Positions 1 to 13,144 of a stretch of DNA of 64,000 nt are shown here, in pieces. Made by a program: the position numbers and the translations under genes. Every line of letters starts with the position of its first letter. The first letter of the stretch is position 1. Origin of the DNA: Octopus vulgaris (Eukaryota); the NCBI GenBank assembly GCA_951406725.2, contig OX597814.1, forward strand, positions 181,412,001-181,476,000, read 5' to 3'. The notes beneath the pieces were generated by a model. The model ran no database searches. It had not been told where the DNA came from and saw nothing but the letters and a program-made list of their open reading frames with translations.

Positions 1-1522
1 AACATCGGTTTTGTGGAGTGGGGAGGCTGGTATGCATGGGTGACTGCTGGTCTTCCATAAACAACCTTGCCTGGACTTGTGCCTCAGAGGGGACCTTCTT
101 ATGTCCAATCCCATGATTATTCAAAACCAAAGGGGGTCTTACTCTTTACCCTTATTTAGCCAAATACAATCAATAATAATTAATTGAAATTTAATTGATT
201 CAATTTGGATCTTTTTATGATGATTTTGATTGAATTTCTCAGTTTTCCTGACTTTAAAAAAAAAAAGAAAACAAATTGGTAAATTCCATGTTTTCAGCAC
301 ATTCACATTTCGTATCATTTTCAAAGTAATATCTGATGTCTTTATGTTATTTTAGAAGTTGTATTTTAATAATATTTCCCTCCCAACCATTACTAATGAT
401 ATGTCTATGCATGAAGCAATATCAGGTAATATTATTATTTCATGCTTGCATTATTTACAAGTTTATTTTCCTTGTCTTGATTTTATTTTTAATTGTGAAA
501 ATTAACTTGCTGAAAGAGGTGCATACCACTACTATTTACATTTTATACTCATTACATATAATTGAATAATTCATGTTACAAAATTGCATGGTAATTTAAT
601 AGTACCAGTTACACTATTCATGCACTCATGTTATTGTATGTACATATTCAATGGAATTACGTAATATATACTTATTTTGGATTGGACTGGAACTTGGAGG
701 GTCTAATCCATAGTGAGTATTTCAAATTTATTTCATGCAAGTGTATTCACTTTAATGAGAACTATTACTAGATTTTAATTTCAATTTTGACTGTTTAGTA
801 AATATAGATATTGTTACAAAAAATCTACTCATATTAGTAAAATGTAGAATAATTAATGAATTTTAATAACCTGCTACTTGTTACAAGTAACTAACAAACT
901 CAATAAAGTTAATGTAACTAAATACTTGTTATACAGAGTACAAAATAAGCTTCTTCTGATCCAGTTCTATATTTAAGAGATGAGGAATTGTGTACATTAT
1001 TTATATTCGACGGATAACAACAAACAAGATGAGGGCAAATATCTGTCGAATGTAAATAAAGCGTCTTCTGATTCTCTTGTTAAAACTCTATTCAAGTTAA
1101 CTAAGTAGTCTCTAATCATACCTGCAATTCAGGCTCTATTTGTAAGATGTATAGCACTGATTTTTCAGCTGTAAAATCAGTTTCAAAGACAAAAATGCTT
1201 TGTAGCTTCAGAAAGATTTGAAGCAGTTTATAAGCAGAAAACCTTTTTCTAATTTTTTTTCCCTCTATTTTAAGGAAGATAAAATATATACCAATAAGGA
1301 ACCACAGGAAAGGATTTTTTTTTTACTTTAATAAAACAAAAGCTGAAGTGTGCATGAAATTAGTAAACCTTTTTTTTTAATATATAAGAATCAATGTTCT
1401 GGATTAAATTCAAAACTTATTTCCAACTGTTTATTTCATTTTAAATTACTATTTTGAACCATTTCATTCTATGCTTTAAAAAAATTAAGTTAAAGCTCCA
1501 TCATCATTTCTTCATACTTAAG

Positions 1523-1552
1523 GCTCACAAGAAGACTTGGTTAATGAAGAAG
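1523..1552 (+). CDS. RAPGEF1: Candidate 30-nt symmetric (phase 1-1) microexon of C3G, encoding (G)SQEDLVNEE
   Basis: Pyrimidine-rich tract and acceptor (catttcttcatacttaag), strong donor AG|GTAAGG, length divisible by 3, stop-free in the phase matching the 7662 exon. No homology support. Confidence 0.5.
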
Positions 1553-1667
1553 GTAAGGTTTTGCCTACTCTATCAATATATGACTACAGACTAACCCTAG
1601 CCCTAGTCAACAAAATAAGAGAAGCCTTCATCTGCATTTTTATCATTGTTTGCAATATAGGTGTGTG

Positions 1668-1708
<41 letters not shown>

Positions 1709-2636
1709 ACACATGCATAACTAACTCTTTTTTTTTTTACTGTTTCTCACACTCATCATTTATTTTGTTCTTTTTTATTTAACTTTAAGTTACATGTTAT
1801 TGCCTTTCTGCTTATAACCATATCTTTATAATACTAATGCTTGTTTATTTAACTTTTTATTTTAACCCTGCTAAATTTCACTTTGCTGCTAAACCAATTT
1901 TTATTATTGCAAGTGTTTAATAATTCTAAATAATGCTTTTAGTAATCACATGGCCAATATGTACTCTATTATTTTCTCTAAAATCAAATTTATTAGGAAC
2001 TAAAAAGCATCTTGGAAGAATTTATATACGATAACTTATAAAACCTTAGTAGTATCTAAAAGTACTTTGTGATTACCACATTTAGTAATATTATAGAAGA
2101 TATCTCCTGAATAGTTAAATGGTGTAGCATGTAAAAGAATTAAATAAGGACTAAGCAGTTTTGAATGTAAAGTTCAGAGTTCTCCTTTTATAAAACTCTG
2201 AAGAAAAAAATTTTCTTAGCTTTTATAAATTAAAACATATCAATTTAGTGCATTATCTAAAATTCTGGCTTCAGTAATATCTATTAAAGCCAACCAGTGT
2301 TGTTGAAACAATATTCCTTTTCCCTTTAGCGGTGGGTAAATTAGGATAGAATAGTAAATATTTATGCATTAACATTTTCTATATCTACAGAAAAACACTT
2401 TCTTTGGAAAAATGTAGACACACATAATTAATACCATTTTCATTCTTATATAATAATGGAATGACTGGACAATTAGTGAACTTCATTCCCTGATAATGTT
2501 TTATTGAACTTCAATGATTTCCATGAAATAGTTATAATTTTAGATGTTTAGGTTTTTGTAATAAAATCATTTACTCTGTTTTGTATCACATTCAAAGAGC
2601 AACAATCTTGTCTTGTACATCTCTGCTAATACATTA

Positions 2637-2864
2637 TTAACCCATTTTGTTAACATATTTCTGTTTAAATACACTACCATTGTTTAATCTAATTTTGAAG
2701 TAATGCAGAATTTATTAAAATAACTTTGTCTTTATTAAACTGGTGTTTGGAATATAAATTAACATGAAATTTTGATAGGAGGTTTGAATTTAGACCACTT
2801 TAAAACAAAATTTATATCATAGAAACAAGGGTGGTTTTGAGTGGATTAGTAGCAACAGGGTGAA
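2637..2864. mobile_element. Degenerate TTAA-flanked piggyBac-like MITE, related to the copies at 36815 and 60993
   Basis: TTAACCC...GGGTGAA ends; internal gaattt.taaaataactt...ttattaaactggtgtttggaatataaatt shared with the other copies. Confidence 0.6.
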
Positions 2865-4266
2865 GGGGAGAACCCAATAGCTTTCTTAACAATAAACACT
2901 CATTCACCTGGTTTGACACCACTACCTAGCCTGTCCTTGCATATCTTTAGCAGAAGCTACTCTGTCGTAAGTATTCAAACTAAGTCTCTAGTTTGAAGAT
3001 TAACCAATATCTTGATGTGTTGCTTTCTATTGCTGCAATTCATGAGTTGTGGTTTCTTCCAAACCAGTCTTAGAGGCTCTAAAATTTAATTAAGGCATCT
3101 AAAAGTCAAAAAATATTTTTTAAACTTTTACAAAATAAATCTTATTTAGACTTTAAATTTACTTCATGTTAAATTAGCTATTTCATTAAATGTAATAGGT
3201 AAAATTTCATCATATAACTTTTTCTTTTTATTATTTTTCTTTCTTTCTCTTGATCCTTGTTTTCTGCAAGTTGTAAATTTAAAGAGCTTTGAGTCAATTA
3301 TTTAAAACTATATTAGTAAAATTGCCTCCCCTAAATAATTGAGTGACAAGTTTGAAGTTGTACTACTTAACATATTGAAGCTCACATACAAGCCATTTAG
3401 AGATGGCTACAAATATATGCTCTATGTTATGAGAAAATAGCATTTGATTTTTATTCATGAGTTTTCATTCGATTTCAGTTACTCTGAATATCATCTTTGC
3501 TTTCTCCAAAATTAAAAACAGAATGTTATTCTTAAGTGAATTCTGAAACTGAAACTTATTCTTTATAATTGGCTAAAATGTTATTTTGAAAGTTGGTAGT
3601 GTTACAAACTATATATATATATAGGTTCTTAGTTATTGTTTTTCCCATGTTAATTTTGTTTCTAGATTACAAAGTTTTTTTTCTAATGTAAAATAACTCC
3701 AGCAAGCAAATATGACTATAGTTAATTTTATTAACTCACTATTCTCTTAAGATTGTAGTCTACACATAGGCTTTGTATAGTCCATATGGAATTCAGCCCT
3801 TTTTAACTAGGTTCTAGATGCATGAATATAAAATTAGTTTTTTATTTTTTGTTTTCTAATTTATTCTTTATCCGTTTTATTTTTAATTTTACTACTAACT
3901 TAATGTTCTTGAGCACTTTTGTTAAATGTTATTTTCCCATCCACCCTTATTTCTGCTTTTATCAATTTAACATGCCTTAATACACTTAACACATCAGTGA
4001 ATGCTTCTCTTAGTTTTGTTTGAATAACTTTTTTTTTTAACCATAAAGGTATTTGCTTGTAATGGAATCACCTTCATCCATTTGTATTTGTTGTGTTTTG
4101 CATGTTTGACCATGTTTTTGTCTCACTTCACCCTTCATTATTTGGCACTGTAGCAGTAACTTGAATGTTTGCTAATTCACTTGTAGATTTCACAAAAATG
4201 AACACATTCCATTTTATAGAAATTTATTGCCAATGATATATATATATATAGATATGTGTGTGTATG

Positions 4267-4299
<33 letters not shown>

Positions 4300-6351
4300 A
4301 TATATATATATGTGTGTGTGTGTATAAGTGGGTGTATATAAGTACGTATATATGTATATATATATAGCTCATTTGGCAATATTTCTTAGTGGTTTATAAC
4401 CCTAGGCCACAGTGGTCATGTCCTTGATGATAGCTTCTTCACTGCTTAGTTCAAGAGCTTTTTTTTTAATTTTTTTTTTTATTTTAAAGCTACCAAAAAA
4501 CTTGTGATGATAAGAAGTCTCTTATTCACTCCTTTTAGCTTTTGAAATTTAATATAAACAGAATAATGTTGATAATGATTATTTTTGACAAATTAACATC
4601 CTAAAAATATTGATTCTTACCTCAAACAAAATTTATCTAATCTGTTTCTTAAACAATTTGTAGAAGTAGCCTTGGTATACTGTTGTATTCAGTGACTAAC
4701 TAGGAACTTAAATCTAAATTTCAAACATCAGAACCATTAGATTTTTATTAACAATCTTATAAAATACATCACCAACCTTACTTTTTAATTTCTCTTCAAA
4801 AAATCATTTCAGAGTGCTACCTTTAAATGTATACAACTTATTATTCTAATTGCATTCTAAATTGCCAAATAATAAGAGCTGAAATCATCTACTTACAAAA
4901 TAACACTCACCTTGGGGGCCTATTTATTTGTGGCTTTCATTTGTTACTGCCCACTCTATTTCTCTCTCTCTTTTTTTTTTTTACATTAGAAAGGTTTTTT
5001 CTTCGTCTAATCATTGTCTTGTTTTATTTTATCATTGTAAATTATTCAAAATTAATATTTTTCTCTTCAATGCTGGTGCCTTTGCTTTCCTGTCTATATA
5101 TTGTGTTACTCTTCCTGGAGACTGCTGGTATTAGCCAAATGGTTGTAGTATTAATTTTACTTTCTTGTGTGTTTTATATGTATATAAAAAGTTCTTCAAT
5201 TATTATCTATTTATTGACTAAGGTTGGTGTCAGTTAAAAATAATTCTGTTAACATTGCAGCTTAGAAAGTTTATCTTCACTTTTTTTCTCCTTTTTTGTG
5301 TTGTTTGTTTTGGTGTTGGTGTATTTTTACTTTTTTATTTTTGATTGTTTTTATTTTGCTTTTGTAAACTCAAATGCAAATGTTTCATAAAATTAAAATA
5401 AATATTAATCTAAATGTAAAGTATTTTGAATCTCAACTTGATGTTAACTAAATTGCAAATTGATATAATCTCAGAACAGTGAATATTCATGTAAACTTAA
5501 AGTAGTGTGAGAAAGAGAAATTATGAATTAAAGAAATATAACATAAGAACTTATTTTCTTATTTGAGAGTTATATAAAATTTTTTAAAAACCTTCAAAAA
5601 TTTGAATGAAAAACAGTTTAAAGTATTGAGACCCAACATTCTAATCAATATGCTTGTTACTGCATTATTGGAGATCTGAATAATAATCACAGGTATCTTA
5701 CTTTTCCCCCTACTGTAATTTATATTCCTCACTTATAACTCTCTCTTCTTTTATATAATTAATTCACTTATTCAAACACTCAATGTTCCAGTTTTTGTCT
5801 TTGCAGCATTCAAAATATGACTCTGTTCATCTGAATCAGCTTGCAAAGTATTTATCTTAGATATGTCAATAAATCAGGAATAGACTTATGAATTTACACT
5901 TACTAATGAATTCAAATTTAAACAGAACATTTAAACCAGAAATTTGTAAAAACCATTTGTGTATGAAAAATATGTGTAGAAAGAGTAATTGAATAGGTTA
6001 ACAGATATATTAAAGCAGTCTATAAAAGTTGAAAAATATATATTCTGACATGTTTTAATAGATATAAATATATTCATAAGATCTACATTAGTAAACTGAA
6101 TAAGGATTTAAATATTTTTTTCTATGTAATATTGTTTTTATGTCTATATGTATGTACATATGTTAGTGTGCATGTACATTTTAAGAAAACTTGATTTTTA
6201 TCTTCAGGATACTTATTCTACAACCATTAAAAGTAATATTTTATTGTTTTTCTCTGACCAAGCCTAAACTTTGAACTCACTATCAACCTTTCCCTTGTAA
6301 AAGTTTAATAAGCCTATGTATGTGTATTGTGTGTGTGTGTATATATATATA

Positions 6352-6525
6352 CGTAAAAAGCACCCACTACACTCACGGAGTGGTTGGCGTTAGGAAGGGC
6401 ATCCAGCCGTAGAAACACTGCCAGATTTGACTGGGCCTGATGAAGCCTTCTGGCTTCACAGACCCCAGTAGAACCGTCCAACCCATGCTAGCATGGAAAA
6501 CGGACGCTAAACGACGATGATGATA
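6352..6525 (+). mobile_element. 3' end of an RTE-type LINE (or a derived SINE)
   Basis: aaaagcacccactacactc.cggagtggttggcgttaggaagggcatccagc...gatgatgat tail, the same module that follows the RT-encoding fragment at ~9520. Confidence 0.8.
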
Positions 6526-7661
6526 TATATATATTGATAAAAATGGTAAGACAACAAAAGAATGAAAGAGACCTCGATATTATGTAAATAGAGAATTTAT
6601 TTTTAAATGTAATATGTGACAATTATTCGGTAGGCGGCGTGGATTTCCATTTCAGCATCCGAAGCTCGGAGTTTTATCATGGCTACCGAATAATTGTCAC
6701 GTATTACATTTACAGATATATATGTGTGTGTGTGTATGTGTGTATCTGTGTTTATATAGTTAGGAGAATAGTTTATAAGACAATGTGTCTAATATGCACT
6801 TAAATACTTTTCATGTTTTTTAAAGAATGTATTTTTTTATATTTTAATTTTCCTTTTCTTTAAAAGATTTAATTTCAGAAGAAAAGCTTATGAACTTAAG
6901 ATTTATTCATGCAAACATTTATTTTATAATTCATTATATAGAAATGGATTTATTTATTTATTTATTTATTTATTTTACTTTTTAGAGATATTTTGCTGTT
7001 ATGATTTATTGTACGGTGCTCTACTAAATGTTATTGTTATATAGTAAGATGTTCTAAATATTGTAGTTTGATAGTACAGTAGTTGTGACTGGTCCATTGT
7101 GGTGTCAGCAAGTTCAATGAGCTTATGAATTTTCTTGATTAAAATTCATTGACATTAAAGCCAAATATACATTGAGTTATTTAATATTTTTTACCAAATG
7201 CATCTGTTGCCAACACTGAATTTGTGATATAAATAATTAACTAAAGTTAGCATATTGATGCGATCAGTTCAGAAACAGAAAAAAAAAAAATTGCAAATTT
7301 TGTTGTTTATGAGATAATATATTACGTATGGTTGGTTTGATAAAATAAAAATAAATATATTCTTAGATTATTGAAGTAATCTTGGTGTATTTTACTAGTG
7401 AATGAGCACTTAATTATAATTTCTTTCGTAAACTTAAGTATGCAAAGTTAACTAAAATAAACGACTGTAATTAGCAACTTGTGGGAGAATTAGTCTTTTG
7501 AAACCCTTTCTAACTTCAGCTATCAACTTGAAATTACCAAAATATTAGGAATAAATTATATCCTTCTTTTCGTTTGTTAAGTTTTTTTTGTTTTGTTTTT
7601 GTTTATTTCATACATTAGTTTCAAATTTACATTTTAATCCTTTTTTTTTTTTGTTTTACAG

Positions 7662-7836
7662 ATTTTATGTATCAAGAAGCATTTTTGACTACATATAGAA
7701 CATTTATTACTCCTAAAGATTTGATTGAAAAATTACTCTACCGTTTCCACAAATTTCAACATGTTTCTGATACAAGCAAAAAACGGTTGGCACGTAATGC
7801 CTTTTCCTTATTGATACGTGTCCTTGATGAATTGAG
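7662..7836 (+). CDS. RAPGEF1: C3G exon (REM domain): DFMYQEAFLTTYRTFITPKDLIEKLLYRF...LIRVLDEL
   Basis: Poly-T tract with tacAG acceptor; donor AG|gtactt; phase 1 to 2. Confidence 0.95.
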
Positions 7837-8942
7837 GTACTTGCCAAATTTTTATATAAATATATTTTTATATATTTTGTTATATGATGCTCGCATATTA
7901 TATATTTGCATATTATGTGTATTTCATATGTATGTATGTATGTATACACACACACACACACATCTCAGAAATAAAGAGACACCATCATTTTTTAAATACC
8001 TACTTCTAGAAACAAATTGTCACTTGATGCATTTAAATACTTAATCTAGTATTTAGTAGTTTTTATGCAGTTTTTACTGATTTTAATCTGTTGGGCATGC
8101 TTCACAAGTAAAACAGTATAACAAGAGGTGTCTATTTAATTTTGAAATATATATGTGTGTGTTTCTACCACTGAATAATTATTTTGACATTTTGCTGAAA
8201 CATGTTTACAAAGTCTGATCAAAAAGTAACAGGACTGGTGTTATAAAATGTAAACCATAACATATATCAATTTGGTAGATAATCTTCTTCGAAGTAGTCC
8301 CCTTCTGGAGCCACACACTTTAATCCAGTGTTGTTTCTATTGATAGAAGCATCCCTTTTGGGGGATAGGGAGCAGCTGCTTTATCACATTGTCTTGGATT
8401 TCCTTGACATCTTGAAATCTTGTTGGGGGTCTTCCACTTCAAAGACTGAGCCTTGATTTCAGGATCATGACCATAGACCCATGATTTATCACCTGTTATG
8501 ACTGTTTTCAAAAGGTTGTCATCTTCCACAAGACAATCCTGCACAACTGAAACCTGATCTTTTTTTTTGAAATGACCACACTCTACACACTTAACTTCCA
8601 AGCACTGCTATAAACAATGGGAGTGAGAAAGAACATTATAACTTAGTATGCATACACAACAGAGTTCAAGTTCAAGCTGTGTTAAGGAGCTTCAGTCTGT
8701 GTACTTTGGCTCTGTTACCATAACAACAGTCTTGATACTTTTTGATCAGACCTCATATGTCTTATAATGCTTTGAATGTCGTATCTGTTTTCTACTTACT
8801 TTTTTGTTATTTGGCTCATACTCCACACTCCAGCTTATCCCCAATTTAGTGTCCTGTGTCATATCATACTGGATATCAGAGTGGATTATGGAGCCCACTA
8901 CTAAGTTCAGCCTTGGTTGCATGTCACACTTTACTGTGCCTC

Positions 8943-8976
<34 letters not shown>

Positions 8977-11900
8977 TGTACTACATGACAGTGAAGCATG
9001 GTCGTAACTACTGAGTACATACAGAAGCTTGAAAGAAATTAAGCTAGTATGCTCCGCTGAATGTATTATATCAGTGTGCATATATGATAGAGTGTAAGCG
9101 CCCTGAGAGAAAAGTTGGACATAAGAAGCATCAGATGTGGTGTGCAAGAGAGACAACTTTGCTGGTATGGTCATGTGTTGCATATGGATGAGGACAGCTG
9201 TGTAAAGAAGTGTCACACCCTAACAGTTGAGGGAACCTGTGGAAGAGGTAGACATGGGATGAGGTGGTGAAGCACACCCTTCAAATGTTGGGCCTCACAG
9301 AGGCAATGACAAGCAACTGTGACCTTTGGAGATAAGCTGTGCTTGAGAAAACCTAGCAAACCAAGTGAGATCGTAGCCATAGCTGATGCCAGTGTCGCAT
9401 AACCTGCCTGTTTAAAAGTACCTTTGAATCATCAGGCAATATGCTATGCTTGAGAAGACCTGTTGAGTCAAGTGATGTCATAGTCATGGCCAATGCCAGT
9501 GCATCCTGACTGCAAAATAAAAAGCACCCACTACACTCTCGGAGTGGTTGGCATTAGGAAGGGCATCCAGCTGTAGAAAACATCCAACCCATGCCACCAT
9601 GGAAAAAGGATGTTAAAAGGATGATGATATATATGCATGCATTCATGTATGTATGTATGTAAATCAGCCATGATATGCAATCAAATATGACTTTATAGCA
9701 GAAATCTATGTAAAATTATGTTGTGTTCATTTCTCATAATTCATGTGTTTCTAATACAATGAAGATGACACCAATGGAATCGATAATATTATTTTTTGCA
9801 ACTTCTTTAACCTTTCTGAACAACTTTGTCCTTAGTCTCCTTATAGCCTAAAATTCTGGATATTTTCTTTTTTTATTGTGTTAATATTTTTCAAGTTACC
9901 ACAGGTAGATATTGTTATACTTCAAATTTCAATATCTCGAAGCCTTTAGCAGATTACATAATGATTACCAATTTTAGATTTCAAAATGTGATTACTGAAC
10001 TTTTGATCCATTAGGTTGTTGTTCTTATTGCGATAATTTTCACCAAATTTTCATAAGACATGTCTTTGAATTTAAAATCTAACTGGATTGAATCTGTTTT
10101 TCTCTGTTTCGAGCACGGTCTTTCTTACTCTTAACTTTCTTAGACTGACTTCTAATTGCACTAATTTAATACTGAAAATTATGCAAATTTGTATATCTTT
10201 TGAGTTGTTAACAACTTAAATTTCTCTTACTTTTTTTTCTATTTTCTATTTAGCTTTCAAAAATTACCTAAGAACTAAAAATTCTTTCATATTAAATATG
10301 ATACACAGCTGAGTACAAAATAATTTATTTTTGGTAGGGGAAAATCATGAATATATATTAATTTTAAAATGATAATTTAATAATCATAACATATTGTCTT
10401 TTAACCTTATTTCTGTTATTACTAGCCTATCTTTTATACCTGAAATTTCTCCATCTTTTTATCCCAATACTATCCCAAACATTTTTTGAAACCTATCAAT
10501 TCTCTAAAATAGCATAAAAACAAAACAAAAGAAACGAAAAGAAAATTAGGCACTGACATGCAAGTTGTAATCTTTTTTTAAAAAAAAAAATTAATTTTTC
10601 TTGTAAGTATTGTGGAACAATAGAAAACACTCAGTAGACCAATTTCAGAACATAGTTTTATCTGCTTTCTTTATGTTGCTAATGGCTTTGGGAAAGTGAT
10701 GAATATTCTAATTTGTTAAGACTCCTCAGGTCTTAAATCTTGTAAGTCAATCTTCATGATGAAAAATAAGCAAAATCATATACCATATCATCTAGAATAA
10801 AATCAGCTTTACAATTCAAACTTTTTTGCGCCAGATTTTTGTAAAGGTTAGGCTGGTTATGAATTGCATGAAAAGGGTGCTTTACACCTACTAGTTGTGT
10901 TGTTTAACAACTATTTTCTAATGGTTATTTTTATGCTTTGGTCATAAATGTTATTCCTTGAGACTTTAAAATTTCTAAATGAATTTTTTTAAAATCACAT
11001 CTTCTAATTTAATACTAATATGAATTTCTAAAACTAAACATCTTTAGAAGAAACTTTAAGATAACCTATAATATATTAGTGATTAAATAACTAATAGCTT
11101 TAAAATAATGTGTTGAGTTATTTATTGACTGAATAAGTCCCTTATATGAAGCAGTAAACTTTATTTTAAACTAATGAATTATTTACTAAAATAGTTTTAG
11201 CTACACTAATAACTAAAATGTTGTATACATTTAATAATTTATTTCTATTTTTAAACCTAAAGCATCTGGATCATCTCTCTAGCTGCTAACCATTCAGTGA
11301 GTATTAAGCTCATATAAAAGTTTTTTCGTGTCAGCTGCTACTTTTCCCTTATATTTTAACAGCGTTTGGTGCAGACTTCGAGAAAAATGTGCATCTACTG
11401 TGAAAAAGAATCCTGCAGGTTTTCAAAATAAGTGTGTATTTCTTAAAATTGTTTTGTGCATAAATTAGGTCTTTAAACATTCATAGTTTGATATAATTTG
11501 ACTTCCATAAATATATAATAAATCTTTAATACTTAGTATTGATAATTTTTTTTAAAGCTTTCCAAACATTCCCCTCCCATCTAATATTTTAAGATTCTCA
11601 GATTAAGTAATAACCTTTTTCTCAGAATACTACACTATATTGGATTGCTGTAATCATAAATAAGAAAATGCAAACTAATTAATTTTGCTGTTAATACAGT
11701 TTTACAGGTTGGCAGATAGTTTTATGCATAAACTAGATTTTTAAATACTCAATTTCATTAATAACATAATATTAAACAAATAAAAAAGCAAAAAAGGGGA
11801 AAAAATAATATTTTATTAATTCATTTGAGGTATCACCAGAATACTGCATTGATTAGAAAAATAAAATTGTTTAAAAGATAAAGAAAATGAAAACTACACA

Positions 11901-12809
11901 GTCCCCTCCAGCAAACTAACCTGATCATAAAACATCACCAAAGATAAATAGGATTATTCTACACTGAGCCAGTTATGTAAAAACAAAAATGGAGGTGGTA
12001 TCAATCATAGTTAACAGGCTCACTCAGATATGCATTGGCATGTTTAATTAAATTATTTCAACAGCAGTCAATTTACATGAAGCGATTTTTATATTTGTAT
12101 TTGTTCAGAGGTTAATGTTTAAATCAAATGAAAAATTAAAATCAAAATGTTAGTGCAATTTGAATCAGTGAATACAGATTTAATCCCAATGTTTAATTTT
12201 TCTGCCTCGTGCTTGTTAGTTTTAGAAAATAAAATTCTGCAGAATCACTGGTGTTAGTTTTCAGCTGTTCTTGAAATTGTTACTCATTATCAGGCTTCTG
12301 GACTTGTATGTGTGTGTCATAGGTATACACATGGCTGTGTGATTATAAAGCTTGCTTTCTAACTTTGTGGTTTCAACTTTAGTCCCACTTCACTGCACTT
12401 TGGGCAAGTATCTTCTACTGTAGCCCCAGGCTGACCAGAAGCCTTGTGAGTGGGTTTGGTAGGTGGCGATTGAAAGAAGTGTTTGTGTGTGTGTGATATC
12501 ATCATTATGGTATATATCATCATTTTAATGTCTACTAGTCGATGCTTGGACAGTTTATTGAGGCAAATTTTTTATGGCCTGATGGCCTTCCTGTCACCAG
12601 CCTCACCTGTTTCCAAGCAAGGTAATGTTTTCCCATGGCCAGACATGGAGACACAAGCCATCATACATTCATACACACACACACACACAGACTTCTTTGA
12701 GCTTCCATTTATCAAATCCAGTTTCAGTTTCCCTTTACCAAAATCAGTGAAACTGAACCTGGAGCCATGTATTTGGGAAACAGAATTTTTAGCCACAGTC
12801 ACACACATG

Positions 12810-12856
<47 letters not shown>

Positions 12857-13090
12857 CATGTGTACCCATCACATCTTATGATGGCTGCAGAATAAGCATC
12901 ACTATCATGCAAGTGATGTTGTTCATTTCCAGTCTTCTGTGAAAAGCATTTCTGACCAATGGCAAATGTTACCTTGCTTGTTAACAGACAAGGGTTGGCA
13001 ACAGAAAGGGCATCCAACTGTAAAAAATCTGCCTCAGTGAAATTTATATGACACATACAAGCATGGAAAAGTGAATTTGAAATGATGATG

Positions 13091-13144
<54 letters not shown>

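Noticed and set aside
4800-5240. Additional C3G microexons or a hydrophobic 136-aa ORF
   Set aside because: The AG...GT pairs I tried give stops or frame-shifting lengths in phase 1; the ORF reflects T-rich intron composition.
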